In this document: positions 38,680-52,755 of the stretch, piece after piece
Position numbering within the stretch: position 1 is the first letter of the stretch
How the letters are laid out: every line of letters starts with the position of its first letter
Assembly: GCA_964188305.1 (NCBI GenBank)
Contig: OZ076887.1
From: Podarcis bocagei
Taxonomy: Eukaryota
Length of the DNA: 64,000 bases
Strand: one strand, 5' to 3'
Made by a program: the position numbers and the translations under genes
The notes under the pieces: model-generated
The model's database searches: none
Seen by the model: only the letters and a program-made list of their open reading frames with translations
What the model was told of the DNA's origin: nothing

Positions 38680-39337
38680 AAAGGCGAAAGATTTATACGA
38701 TCTGAAGAGAAACCAGAGTATGGGCATGGTTGACCAGTTGGTGTTAAAAAAGGATAGAACGTTCTTCATGTACGCTACAACAGCAGCAAGAATACTTATT
38801 GCAAAGTATTGGAAGATGCAAGACTTGCCCACTTTGGAAGAATGGCAGATGAAGCTGATTGACTGTATGGGACTGGCAGAAATGACTGGCAGAATCCGTG
38901 ACCAGGGAGAAGAGTCGGCAGAAGAAGAGTGGAAAAAATTCAAGGACTATCTACAAAAATACTGTAAAATTAAGGAATGTTGAATGATGTTGGATTGAAA
39001 TTAAGTGGTTTCTAGCTGTAATGGTACAAAGGAATATGATAAAATGGTTTTCTTTTTATAAGTAAGAATTTAAGGTTATAATAGCCTAAGATGTTGGAGA
39101 GAAAATAAGGTATTTTCTTGTTTTAAAGCTGTAATGCTTTGAGATATGGATTTGCTGCACAAATAATTTGAACTGGATATACAAGAAGGGGAGGTATGAG
39201 GAGGTCAGGGAAATATGTTATGAGAAAATAAGTGGTGAAATTTATGTGTTTTTAACTTTTTTCTTTTTATGTCTTTTTTTCCCCTTTTTGTTTGTAAAAA
39301 ATTGGAAACTTTAATAAATATTTTTTTAAAAAATATA
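38680..39337 (+). mobile_element. 5'-truncated L1/Tx1-clade LINE: ORF2 C-terminus, 3' UTR and A/T tail
   Basis: ORF 38720-38983 ends ...AARILIAKYWK..DLPTLEEWQMKL...EWKKFKDYL, typical of non-mammalian L1 ORF2 ends. AATAAA near 39313. 16-bp TSD ttaaagtcagttagtt (38664-38679 and 39338-39353) with a TT/AAAG nick site. Confidence 0.88.
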
Positions 39338-39362
39338 TTAAAGTCAGTTAGTTGACCTAGGG

Positions 39363-39496
39363 CAGGCTTCCTCAACCTCGGCCCTCCAGATGTTTTTAGA
39401 CTACAACCCAGCATCCCGGACCACTGGTTCTGCTAGCTAGGGATCATGGGAGTTGTAGGCCAAAAACATCTGGAGGGCCGAGGTTGAGGAAGCCTG
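39363..39496. mobile_element. Palindromic hAT MITE (about 134 bp), young copy
   Basis: Perfect 35-bp inverted termini caggcttcctcaacctcggccctccagatgttttt; 8-bp TSD acctaggg / atctaggg. Confidence 0.9.
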
Positions 39497-42400
39497 ATCT
39501 AGGGAAAATCACGGGTTGGGTACCATAATGTCTTCAGATAATGTCTTCTTGGAGCCTGCCAAAGTTCCCTGTAACTTATAATTTTTACTTTTAGGAATGG
39601 GCCTTTTTTGGCATTTTTCTTTGGTTGGATGGGTTTGCCTATTTGGAGGTAGAGTAGCTTTATTTTTCTTTTTGCCTATACTTTATTTGGTTTTGGGGAG
39701 TTGTAGTTGTTTTGCCTGTTAAAAGGGGGTTCTGAGCATGAGCAGTTCTTGTTTGTGAAATTCGTATATTGCGGTGCCAAATGAGAGTTCCTTAGATTTC
39801 CAACTGTGATCCTGGGCCTTGAAATACTGTGTAAATAACTTGCTTTTCCTAAGAGTTAGAAGTAAAAAAAGGTCTCCTATTTCTAGCTCAGACTGGTTAA
39901 CCTGAATAAAAGATCCATGCTGTTTAAATAAGCTCTTACGTTGATAGCTTCATAAATTATCACTTTGCTAAATAGAGATGTTAATATGTTCAAACAAGAT
40001 GTTGTTCTTGAGGCAAAAGCAAACTGAAGTGGTCTTGGACTTAAAATACATTTTAAAGAAATGTTTATACTGTCACTTGTCAGTGGCAGATGCACAGTTT
40101 TCTTAAGCTTCCTTCTGTAGCTAAGGCCACTTTACATAAACAATTGCCCCGTCGGGTTTCTTGAAAGGCCCAAAATAGCTATTGGACTGTCTATTGGTGG
40201 CTTGCAAGTGCTTTGTGCAGTTTTTATTTTGTTAGTCTGCTGATGGAAAGGCAGGCTGTTCAATAATATGTGGTGTGAGCTGTTGCACACAAATGGCTTG
40301 GCACATGGAATAGCTAGCACATGGAATAGCTGCTACATTGACACCTTCTCAAGTGGCTTCTGTGCGGCTGTCATCTTTAGCAAAGTAGGGGACACGGAAG
40401 GCCTGTGCAGAGAGCGGGAGTAGCTGGGTACACTTGCCTCGGGACTTGGAGGGCTAAGTTGGTCAGGGGCCCCAGCCAGGGTCCGGCTGCTTTTGGGTTT
40501 GAGTTTATATGTGGCAACCACTTGTGTGGGGGTTCAGTTCCTGGCCCCTCACATTGATGGAGTGTGCATAAGTCTCTCCTGCCCCTGTTCTGACCTGCCC
40601 CTGTTTCACCCCCTTTCTGCTCTTCCAGGTCCAGAAGGACCTGCGCATTAGCAATCACACATCAATTGAATGGGCCTGAAATGGTCACCACCTGTATAAC
40701 TTTATCCTAACAAGACTCTCGCCCCAGAGCCTCCGATAAGCTTTGCAGGGATCTGGGAACATGAGTTCGTTTTTTTCCTTTCTTGTTCTAGTCTCTGACT
40801 TGCTGGACTCTTTCCCCAGAACATTTAATTTGGTGGGGGGGGGGAGTATTTTTTTAGTAGTGGTAGGTATAGTAAAAGAAGTGATGTACCACCCATTAAT
40901 TTTTCCCAACTGTGCAGATACTTTGAAAAGAAACTTGGATTAGGACAATAATTTTACCACTGTGTTGCATCCATTTTATATAGATCCTAGTCACAGAATA
41001 TTGCAGCACCTCTTTTATAATTCACATGTGATTGTAAGCAATTCTACCTCTTTGTATCAATAACAAAAATCCTCTGAGCATGTTTTACCTTTCCGATCCG
41101 TGCAGTAATGGATGGCTGTGAATGTTTTATCAGAATACTCTATATGCCTTGGTGCATCCTCTTCTCCCACCCCCACCTCGTCTGTATGTTTCTCAAGCCA
41201 TGTGTATTCTGTCATTTTAAGGAGGAGGGAAGAACTGTTTTCGACATGTACATCCCTTCCTGATTTGACAGCTCTAAGAGGAAAATCTCTCTCTACTGCA
41301 GCTAGTGGAGTAACAGTTGACCAGCTCCATTGAATGTGACAGTGAATGAATGGAAAGAGAAATGTGAGAGTAGAAAAAAGAAGGTGACAGCATCATAATG
41401 CAGGAGATACTTGTGAGAGAATATTAGGTCTATCAGTATATTGTGCGGTGTCAAGGGCACAGAAAAAGCTATTGACACTTGTACAGATCCTGTTAACTAA
41501 CTCTTTTTGCTCATTTTTAGAACATCCTTGGTTGAAATTTAATTTGTTAGGTTCATATAAAAGCTTTCTCCCCCCCCCCCACCATCCTTCCATACCATGT
41601 AAGTGTACGGAAATGTATTTCCGTTGTATAGTTTTCTCCATGGTTTGTAGAAGGCTTTTAAGAAACCTGTCCCATCTTCTCTATAGGAGATAACAGTAAT
41701 TCTTCCAGACCCACTTCCTAATTTTTCTATGCTGTAATTGTAGACATAGTCATAGGCTGACAATTACTTTGCCTTTAGAGCATGCTTCCAGGTTGCTCCT
41801 GACATTATGTGTATTTTTTTCTCATTAGAGCAGTAAATGTGACAGTTACTCATAGCACACAGTGGAGAAATCAAGAGGTTTGTCACAGATGAAATTTGGC
41901 AGCAGCATGCTGTTATCTATCCACTCCAAAAGTAGAAGCAAAGTTAGGCTCTATTGTATAAAATGATTTTTGTCCTTAAGTTGTTATTTTTTTAAAGTGG
42001 CCCTGCAGAAGAGGAGAAATAGGCTCCATCATGTTCAGGGGTAGGTGGATAGTTGAGTTTATTAAAGTGTCATGTGTCCAGTTCTGCTGGGACCTGAGAC
42101 ATACAGGGGAAATGGAAGGAAGAAGCAGGTGAGGAGCCATAAGCCCTGCTGGCTGAGCTTTGAAAGATGTCATAGCAAAGAGCTGGGGCCACCTGAGGCC
42201 TTATGTAGTCTGCTAAGGCATACCTTGCCATTGGTTCCTCAGAAGGTAGCTTTGGTGCCTTGAAGTGCCCATATTTGCAAATGCTTCGGCGCGTGCTGAT
42301 TTCTGCACTGAAAGGGATGGAGATGCTATTGGGTATGTTGTGCTCTGTCTGAGAAAGGCTGGACACTGATGTGCTCAGACCAGGAGGGCCCAGGGTGGGG

Positions 42401-45400
42401 GAGAGTGCTGAGTACCCCCTGTAGAATGTAATGGCTTGTACCACACAAGCTCATAAAACTAGCAGTGAAACTATATTTTGTGTGTGGCTGGGAATTAGAT
42501 TAGGCCAGAGAGTGAGATCCTTTTCATCTCCAGCCCCTGTGGGTCAGAATGATGCTGGGTACCCGCTAACTGATTGGAGATGCAAAGCATTACACACAGT
42601 GGTATTCAAGCCTCAGTGATCAGCTGATAGTTTGCAAAGTTAAGTGCATGGGGCTTTTATAAGGCCCAACAATCAGCTGATGGTCAGCACTTGCAAAGTA
42701 TTATACCTAGAGCTTTGCAGGTGCTGCCAATCAGCTGGTTGATGGCACCCACAGACCTGTTTTGGCCCAGCTGCATCTTTACGTGCCCTACACCTGATGT
42801 TATGTATGGTGTTACATGTAGGGCACATGGGCATGGTTTGAGCAAAATTGTCTTGCAAATCAAACGTGGCTGGCAAGCCTAATTAGGCCTGTGGGCATGG
42901 GGTTCCTCACTGCTGGTTTAATTCCTTCCACTGAGAGCCCTCTAATCAGAAGCCACTCTCCTGACATCAGAAGGACATCTTCAGAAGGTGTTAATCAGGT
43001 CACAGCTTATGTGAAGAATGCTGCCCTTTAGATACCTAGGCTGTTCAGGGATTTTTCTCCCAAACTCAGCACCCTGAATAAAGGTCAAAGACCATCCTTT
43101 GTACTGAGTAATAAGATCAGTTTCAATTAATAAACTGGCTTGCACATTCTTCACCAGTTGAAACTTCAATATGTACATTTCCCAAGGCAGCACTGCCTGG
43201 CATAATGCATATTGTAGTAATTAAGCTTGGATGTTAATAGCATGGATTACTAGAGCCACTTTATCTGCTTCCAATAAGGGATGTAGCTGGTAGATGAGAA
43301 GCACTTGATGCCACCAGTGATTCTCTAGCAATGATGGATCTAGAAGTACCCTCAGGATACCTTGATCAGGAGATATGAACCCATATTAGAATAGGCTGCA
43401 TGTTTGTTGGTTTGATAAGTCATTAACCAGCATCACCTTTGCCTTATCTGAATTGAGCTTCAGTCAGTTTGCTTTCATCCACCCCGGTACTGACTCCAAG
43501 CATTTTCAACTAATAAGATAGGCAAAATGAGGAAGAGGAAGTAGAATATGTTTCACTTTGTTATTTTATTTAAGGCTGGCACACACAGAATGCCTATTTC
43601 AACAGCCAATCAGCATCTATTTCGATCTTGAGCCATATTCTTCTTGTTTATGGTTCTAATTCTGATACAGTAGACGATTAGCCATGAAAACTTAACAAAT
43701 CGTCCCTTTTGCAAAGCCAGTGTACCGTTGATTACTGGATGCTGAGGACAAACAGGGTTTCACTAGCATGCCTCACTCAAAAGCTTTCCAGAGGCATCTG
43801 GCTGACTACTGTTAAAGGCAGAATGCTTAATGGTTGGTATCGCATGCCCATTGTTAAGTTAATGGAATATAAATTTTTAGACAACAAGCATCTTAATTGT
43901 CATATGATACATCTTAGGCGAAAACTTTATTTGATTTCCCAGAGTTTTACTGTAAGTGTTTGTCTCAGTGGAAGCACTGATAACGTTTTTTTAGCTCCTG
44001 ATATTTCCCATTATCTCATTTTTTTAAAGTTTCAAATTGAGGTTAGGCAGCTGGTTATGATGCTGTCCCCCAAACTGAAGACTGCTGTCTAGAGAACTTC
44101 CAGTACATGTCCTGGAGCTTCTAGCAATTTTCTTCTAACAATTCACCCCACAGCTCATTCAAAAACATTTTTAATACCCCCCCACCAACTTTTTTATTTT
44201 AAAAGAACCTTGCTGTGCTCCACACTCTGCTCCAGAGACTCAGAAGACCTGTGTGTTTCACTGTGCACGCATATGTGCATCTTCCTGGTCAGCTTCCCTT
44301 CCCCAGGTTATATTTTGTCTTCCAAGTGGGATGGACAATGGGCAGAGGAGAGGGAGGAGCCATGTGCACTTCTTTTCAGCTTGCTCTTTAAAAGTCTTGC
44401 ACTTCAGGTCAGTGTTCCCATTGTTGAACACTCACATGTCTGCATGGCTCTCTGATAAAACTATTGTTGTCAGCATTGTCCTTGATATGCATTGCATACT
44501 TAGCATTCATTGAAGTACTGTGTTGATAAAGTAGGAAATCTTCAAAAAAAAAAAAAAAAGGATGGCCATCTAACACACAAGGATGACAGCACATGAAATC
44601 TGTAAGCTTGGATCTAATTGATTTTAAAGTCATTTGCTTATATAGTTATACATAGTTTGCATAGTTAATAAGCTGCTGTTTTCTAAAAGGCAAGCACTTA
44701 TAACTGTCAGAAATCTGTTGAAATTAGTTGGCAATTAAATATAAAGTTAAATATTGGCTTGGTGAACTGTGTTCTTGCATCCTTAATTGACCTGCATGAT
44801 GTGTTTAATGAGCTGTATGTGAAAACACTTTTTTTGTAAAAAAAAAATAATGAAAAAAGAATAGGGTTACTTAAAAAAACAATGCCCTTGCACACTTTCC
44901 TCTCTCAGGATGTATACAGCTACTTTTTGAAAGTGATTCTGGATCCCTTGGTAATCCATTAGCCATTCAACTACTGCCCTCAGTGCTATGAAGCTCTGAA
45001 GTCTCTTGCGAATGGGGCATGTATGAGCTTCATATTTTATAAGCAGAAATTTGAAACATATCATGCCCTAGAGAAAGGTCAACTTAATCCTTTTGTATTG
45101 TGAGTAGTAAGTAATTTATATTTTCTTCCACTAGAAAAGCAGTTTAATGGCCCTTTAGGTAATGTTTAATAACTGAGAATGCAAGTTAAATTGACCAGCT
45201 GCTACATCTCTGCCCTCTTTGTAATGACATGTGAGACTGTGAGAAATTTCACACTCATTTTGTTTGATTATTCTAATTGTTTCTTTTAAATGCAAAGCAT
45301 GAAAGAGTTCCCACAACTGAGAATAACCTCTCTAAATCAAATGTAAATCCTATGGTGTATGGAAACTTGCTAATGTTCAGGATGCTTAGACAGTATTTTA

Positions 45401-45906
45401 GTGGACCGGTTAAGGAGGGATGTATTCAGAATTCCCCTGTGCTTGGATGAAATCTGTGATACATAGCAGAGCACCTAGTACTTCTCTGTATTCCAAAAGA
45501 AACTTACCCAGGTTGCTTGTTCAATGAAGTGGCACAGCATATTTTGCTATGCTGAATTTTTTCTTCTTCTCCAGTGCATGTTTATATTGCTTAAGATGCT
45601 TGCAGGCAGCTGCATCACTAAGAAGTTGCCCATTCCAATCACTCTCTACAGACAGAATCAGGTTCAGACACGGGAACAGTTGGATTTTTGTGGGGGTTGA
45701 ATGCCTGAAAAGCCGTGTTACAGTTCCACCAATAAAGAACAACTTTTATTTGTTAATTAGGGCGACAGAAAGGCAGCTATTGAGAGAATGGTTGCTTGCT
45801 TTTGTCACAGATATTGGTGACTTGCTTACAATACTAACTTACTTACTAACTTACTTATTACCAGCCTCCCCCGCCCCTAATGACCTTCTACTAGGGAAAA
45901 TATGTA

Positions 45907-46138
45907 CAGTGGTACCTCGGGTTACATACGCTTCAGGTTGCAGACGCTTCAGGTTACAGACCCCGCTAGCCCAGAAATAGTACCTCGGGTTAAGAACTTT
46001 GCTTCAGGATGAGAACAGAAATCGTGCTACGGCGGCAGCGGGAGGCCCCATTAGCTAAAGTGGTGCTTCAGGTTAAGAAGTTTCAGGTTAAGAACAGACC
46101 TCCGGAATGAATTAAGTTCTTAACCCGAGGTACCACTG
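45907..46138 (+). mobile_element. Tigger-like MITE family A, copy 4
   Basis: Same TIRs and internal sequence; TA TSD. Confidence 0.92.
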
Positions 46139-47192
46139 TATATGTTTCATTTGTTGTCATGATTTAGCAGTGTCTTAAAATTGGGGGGGGGGTGCTCCTT
46201 TGTTAGGAGGCTTCTAGTTGTCCTATATCTATTTAATGTTATTTATCATTACTTAAAATATGAAGAAATCAAGATGTTACTATCAAACTGTGTGTTTTTC
46301 TAGTTCTGTACACACTGGATGTGTAATTCTCAGCTCCTGTTATTCCCAAACTGCTCACTGCATCTCCTCATGAGGCAGTGCTCTGACTTTGCCTTCTTCT
46401 AATCCAGGATACATATACCCAGAGAAGAAACTCTCACAGAAAACGTGGGGGAGCTTATGTGTGGTTAACTCTGCTGCATGCTAGTTTTAGCTCACATTCC
46501 ATCTTGGCCAGATCCTTGTAGCTGGTGCTACAAGGACTGCTAGAGCTCTTCTGTCATGGCGTGTAGACTGAGGGAGGCCATATTGGGTAAATATCAAGGC
46601 AAGAAGAGAAGGAGAGAACACGTTAGCATTGTTTCTGTCCTGTCCAGTCCACCACAATCTCATACCACTGCAGAGCCCTAGAATTCTGTTTACCAAGCCG
46701 TTTTCATCAGTATTTCATCCTTGATTTTGACCCTTTGTACACACACAAGTGCCTCCTTTAGAATGATCATATATGTAAAAGAAAACCTCTTAGAAAAAAT
46801 TAGTACATTTCTCAAGAGAGAACATTTTGATCATTATGTCTCAATTATGAAAGTTCCATATAAGTTTCAGATACCACCATTACTGCTCTTTGGGGCCAGA
46901 TTAAAATTGTTCTGATTTCCTGGACATTTTATGATAAACTATATTAATCCACTGAATATCTCTGATATTTTATATGTTTAGATTTTTAGGGTATATATAG
47001 TTTTGACTGTTGTGTCATTCACACACACATACACACACACATATGCAGAGAGAGAGAGATTTCAATCATTAGCTCCATTAAATACTTATTTTGGTAGAAA
47101 GATAAGTTTTTGTAAAATGCACACTTTTAGTATGTGTAGGCATACGGGGATATCAACAATTTTAAGTCATAAAATATCTGCTAGGTATTAAA

Positions 47193-47322
47193 CCAGCCTT
47201 CCCCAGACTCTTCAGAAGGTTTGAGCTACAACTCTCATCAGCCCCAGCCAACATAGCTAGTGGTCAAGAGATGGTAGGAATTGTAATCCAAAACATTTGG
47301 ATCAACATAGGCTGAAAGAGGC
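47193..47322. mobile_element. Palindromic hAT MITE, degraded
   Basis: Core ctacaactctcatcagccccagcca...gatggtaggaattgtaatccaaaac. Confidence 0.6.
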
Positions 47323-48294
47323 TTATTCTGCCTTTAGGATGCACCATGCTATGAGTTTGCACAGCTGGTCTTTAATCTGATTATATTTATCTGAATTGAC
47401 ATTGATCAAATAACAGAAATAATATGCTGTGTGGTTTTCATATTTTAATTCACCAATATCTGCTGTTTTATAGGTGTTCTTCTAATCTCTCTGAAGTAAA
47501 AATTACCCATTAACAGTTAATGTTAAAACATTTTCCCCCTTTTATCACAATCTAGGTTTTCTACTGCTTACAAATGGTAAATTTGGTGCACTCCCGTCAA
47601 GTTGCAGTTAATATTGGGACTTTATCATTTTTCCACTGCGAGTCTTTTGTTTAGTTCCAGAACCCCAAACTATTATTTAGTAAACCTGCAAATAAAAATC
47701 TTAAATCTGTCACGCATCTGTTGGTTCTGTAGCAGCAGCCTATGAAAACTTGCATCTCTGACTTTACAGGTCCCTGTCATACTCCACAATGCGTACTGAC
47801 CTTTCAGATTTCATTTAAGCTCACTTTTGTGCTTGGAAATCAGATGCATAAAACTCCACGTTTTTTTTTTCATTTGGCTCTGCTAGCCAGAAACACCAGT
47901 TCTTCTGTTTAGTAGAGATATTGTTAATATTCACAGGACTATCAATAGCTAGTGGCTCTCATACTGCTTTCTGCCTTCAAACTGCAATTTGAAGGAGTCC
48001 AGTAGAACTGATTAACTGAAACGTGAAATTTTGGTTTACAATTTCACCAGACTAAAACAAATGATATGACATGTAAAGTTAGCCAGGGCAGGTTGAGAGG
48101 GGACAGTTTGGCTGAAGCAGGCATTGATGTTGTGTGCGCACTTCCTCCCACATGCTCTTCTATGCTGATGACTTATCTGTATTTCTTCCCCCTGATATTA
48201 ATGCATTTATTTGCACTATCCTGTTTTAACTGGGGTTTTGTTAGCCCCACTGAAGGCCGTTTTTGCAGTGGGAGGTAGGATACATAACGTAAGC

Positions 48295-48341
<47 letters not shown>
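48295..48341. repeat. (ATAG)n microsatellite
   Basis: Seen directly. Confidence 0.95.
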
Positions 48342-48342
<1 letters not shown>

Positions 48343-50028
48343 CATAAGCATACAATCCTTATCTGCATAATTTGCTTACAATATTTGAAGCCGCACTATA
48401 GCACTCTGTCACAGTCCAAGGGACTGCTATGACAGATCTCTTGCAATATGTTATACTTCCAAGTGCTTTGGAATAACATTGCAGCCAACCAGGTTTCACT
48501 CTTGAGCCTTGCTTTGGATCACTGCCACTATGTCTGCCGACATCAAGGTGAGTGGGAGTTCCACAAACATTGAGTTAAGAGAACACAAATCCACACACAT
48601 CTCAGTTCCAGTACTTTTTTTTTTTTTTACTAGAGAGAACACTGTTCGAGGCAGTGTTTTATGGGTGGCAAAAATGTAGAACAATCCCAAAAACAAAGGG
48701 AGAACCTACCAAATAAATGTATGGCTTATTCAGAAAGAAACAAAAAGAAATGTAAAAACAACAAATGAATATTGTGATGGCATAAGCATTCATAAATCAG
48801 TCCAGTTTTATTAGACACAACAGACTTGGATAGCTATCCCAAAGGCAAAACAGTATCTTAAGTAATACAGGTTACTCTCCGCTTATACTTGTTCGACTTG
48901 CGCTTGACCGCGTATACGTGTGGTGCCAGGAGATAATTCAGTAATTCAATTCATACTCAGAAATGGCAGGAGAGAGCTGGAGAGTCCTTGTGGCTTGTGA
49001 GGAGACCCTCCCTGGAGCCTGAAGAGGATGTCAGTAAGGGCGGAGAAAGCCCCAAAGAGACTGGAGGCACAGCGGGGCTTTGTTTAGGCTGCTCAGCCTC
49101 TCCGCCTAACAGCTGACACGTGGGGTAGCGGAGCATCTGCCGCTTTTTTGAATGTCCTCCAGCCTCCTGCTGGCCCCAGAGCTTCAGTTCTAGTAGTGGA
49201 TACAGTGAGAGTGGCACAGAGGGCTTTTAAAGGGTGTTTAGAGCTATGATTCTTGTTCTTCTAGTGACTAGCTGTGCATATAGCTGTATTGGGCATCACC
49301 CAAGGATTGGGGAGGAGTGGGGCATCGCCACATACTTCATCAAGCTCCAAAGCCTCTAGAACCAGAACATAGATTTGGCACCAGTATACAACTGTGACTG
49401 AATCTCAGTTAGGCTGCATGGCAAATGGAACAAAGGACACTGAATTTTGCATGGATACAGAATATACCAATTCCCATGCAACATAGTACCTTCCTGCCCA
49501 ACCGTCTTGGGTAATTGTTTCTTGAACTTGTGTTTTTGTGCAGGCATATTCCTAATGTAAATTGGAAGTGCTGTCTCTTTTATGCAGATTATGGGTTTTA
49601 TAAACTTACTTGCCTTGTAGGAGGTTTGACTCACTGCATTATTTAACAAGATAGAACTCTCTGTTTAAATACCAAGTAGTTAGTACTATATAGTTTTGCA
49701 TGCATTACATCCCAAAGTTAAGCTTAATTTTAGTTCTCAAAATTCATTAACCAAGGAGGAAAACAAAAGGCTTATGCATCAAAGCATCTATGCAGAAGGA
49801 AACGGGACAAGTGAAGAATTAAGCTCCGTTTCCTGTTTGTCATTCAGTTAGTCCGGCTGCATTTCCATTAGAGCTACTTCAGCTGGTATTTCTAGCTGGT
49901 TATTAGTGTGCCCAGCGAGCCATGGTTTGCTGGAGAAGCTCAGAGTTTTCAAAAATAGTGCCTGAAACCTTGATCATCTTAGTTTTGCTGAACTGGTGCT
50001 CCTGATTCTTAAAACACTTTAAGATACC

Positions 50029-50029
<1 letters not shown>

Positions 50030-50083
<54 letters not shown>
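50030..50083. repeat. (ATT)n microsatellite
   Basis: Seen directly; explains the poly-Ile ORF. Confidence 0.95.
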
Positions 50084-50084
<1 letters not shown>

Positions 50085-51017
50085 GCAGATCAAAATAAAA
50101 GCAATCAGGAAAAGTATACAGTAATAATTTTCTGTCATCTCTTTGTGGAAGAAATTCTGGTAGAAGAAATAAATACATACCTCTGTCTTCCTTCCTGCTT
50201 TATGTGAAGAGGAAAGATGGGAATTAAATGATCTGAGACGGTTTCAATTTATTTCCATTTGTTTATTGCCCACACTTCTCCAGGGCTTTGCATTCTAAGA
50301 TTTCTTATATTATCACTTTATAGTTAGGTACCTGGATGCTTTTCCATATTGTCTGAAAGGTAAGGTGAGATGTGTATCAAAGCATGACCTCTAATTCCGA
50401 AGGTTCTCAAATTGAGCTACATTGAGATGCTCTGCAGAAAGGTTGCAGTACAATTGATAATATCTGCTGGGCTCTGCATTTGATTTATTTTTTCTGTTTG
50501 AAAAATATTTGAGTTTGTTTGTTTGTTTTTTGTATCCACCCCCCCAAAAAAACTGGATTGTGGAATAGGCTAGCAACACCCTGGTTTCAGGCCTGTGGCT
50601 TTCACCGTATGTAGCTGGTGCAGTTTGCTGATTTTTCCGTAAAAAGTTTCTTATGGAGGGGCCTTTCTCAACAGCTTGGCCTAGGGTCTGTGACTTTTAT
50701 ACCATGGTGCTGTTTTATCAGCGACGTTTATGGAATATTTCTCTCTTTCCTTATTTAGCTAGCATATTTAAACCCCTCATTGGGATTGAAAATATTCAGT
50801 TCAATTCAATTTGCCATATAAATTTAAATGTGGTAAATAAAAATGAATAAATAAAACTACAGAAGTGCACCCAGCTCGTTAGAAAGCTAACACTGCAGCT
50901 ACTAGAATGAGTTATGTACATATATAGATTTGTGGAACCAAAACTAATGTATGGGGGGAGAGTTTTGAGAATAGCTCAACGTTTGCCTTTCAGGCGTATT
51001 TCATAATGTTGGCCCCC

Positions 51018-51425
51018 ATCTGTCTCAAGAGACAGTGGAGTGTGCCTCTGGGGGTAAAGTCAAACTGCTGCATTGGTAGCACCAATATGACCTCCCCAGG
51101 GTGCAAGCCTGAGCAGTGTGCGTGGAGGTTCTAGGCTGCCCAGACGACAAGACCCCACATTTGGCCCCACTAATGTAGTGCAAAGAAAAGCAGAGCAATA
51201 CGTTTGGCACCACCTTGGCTGCAGGTGTTGCTCGAAGGAGGAATACAAGGTGCCATCAAACCATCTTAGGGACTCCCCTTTGGATTTATGTAGGGTTTAC
51301 TCCTTAAGCTTTTATTCTCCCGAAGATATCCCGCAAGGCATCAGAGGTCTAGCATCAGAGTTTTCCTTCTCCTAGATGGGCTACCTTCCCAGGTTGACAG
51401 GCCCCGTCTGCCCCTCACTTCCCTC
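51018..51425 (-). mobile_element. RTE-clade LINE 5' UTR region or RTE-derived non-autonomous element
   Basis: Minus strand carries ...gcccatctaggagaaggaaaactctga..., a motif recalled from RTE 5' regions; GC-richer than the flanks. Confidence 0.55.
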
Positions 51426-52755
51426 TCCTGCTTTGAAATGCAAGCATTAAAATTCTTACAATGTTGAATGCATGTGACGTTCCTGTCTTGCTTGTAATTA
51501 AGTAGTTAAAACATTTCTTCTGTTGATAGCTGTGCTTCCCGATATGGAGCACTTAGATTTACTGCCAGTTAAAAAATTCTGGATTGACAGCAATTGAAAT
51601 TTAGATTTTGGTCATAAATGGAAATATAATTTAGAGTGCAGCCACGTCCAAGTGTATCTGAAGGAAGCATCAGATAGCGGAACCGTTATTAACATGAAAA
51701 TCTCTTTGAGCTTAAGTCTTTGACATGCTTTGTCTAAAGTGTTTAGAGAACTGGACAAAAAAAGCTTGTTCTGTGGAGTGTAGGCAACTACTGGTTTGTA
51801 CACTGAAACAACACGCTAAATAGAAAGACCTGTGAAATTAATGACCACCTTCTCACTGGAAAAAGTGTAAGAGGGGTGTCTTCCCATTTCTCTTCTTCTC
51901 TCTCCCCTCCACCTTTCCTGCCCATTACAGAGTTTCATATTATCCAGATTGCTATGGTTCGCGTTGCTAAATGAGCTTTGTAGCACTAAGTTAATTTTCT
52001 GCCAGTATTGCTTCTGGCTGATGACTGTGGGTGTTTGTATATCCATTAAGTATGCTGCCAGGATGCATCCACCATTTTCCACCTCTTCCATTAAATGGCT
52101 GTCAGCAGGTTTACAGAACTGCTCTCTTACTCTGCACTAATTGCAGAAAGGCTGGTGGATGTGATGAAAAAAACAACCCACAAAAAAGGAGCAAGATCTT
52201 GTTCAGAGATCTCAAAAAGTAAATAGAAATGCCATCAGCAGTTAAATCAGATTTCACATATAGTCACAGTGTGATTAGCAGGATGATGATATAATTTCTT
52301 TTTAAATTCTTACTTTGCAGAGCAAACCTATCTACTGCCACAACTCCACATATCAAATAAAATATGTTCGGGCATACACAACTGAATATAGGTAGAGTTG
52401 TGGATAAGGCATGCCTATTAAAGTAGTGTACATTCCCTGCTGGTTTTACAGTTGATTTCGAAATGGAAACCTGTTAAAATGGCATCAAATGTTATCTAGC
52501 TAAGATAAATGAACATGAAGAGAATGAATGGATTTTACTTATAAAATTCAGTATGTCAGAAACCCCCTGCTGGCAGGGAGTATCTAAGGAAAGACTGTAT
52601 GAAGCATGCAGACTTTGGTTTTAGGCTTCAAGCCTAAACAATAATAAAATAATTCACACATGGAGTTTTGTGTTTGGTTACTTTGCCTGTGTGGCTTTTC
52701 AAGTCCAGGTATGTTTCAGTTTTGTATATATTTCAAAATAAAAACGTATGTTTTA

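Noticed and set aside
38720-38983. 87-aa ORF as a nested host gene
   Set aside because: It is the C-terminus of L1-type ORF2 within a TSD-flanked insertion.
39363-39496. Pre-miRNA-like long hairpin
   Set aside because: Explained as a palindromic hAT MITE with an 8-bp TSD and several relatives in the window.
45549-45980. 143-aa ORF
   Set aside because: No recognisable homology, low-complexity YLLT repeats, and it ends inside a MITE.
49903-50178. Poly-Ile hydrophobic ORF
   Set aside because: Artefact of the (ATT)n microsatellite.
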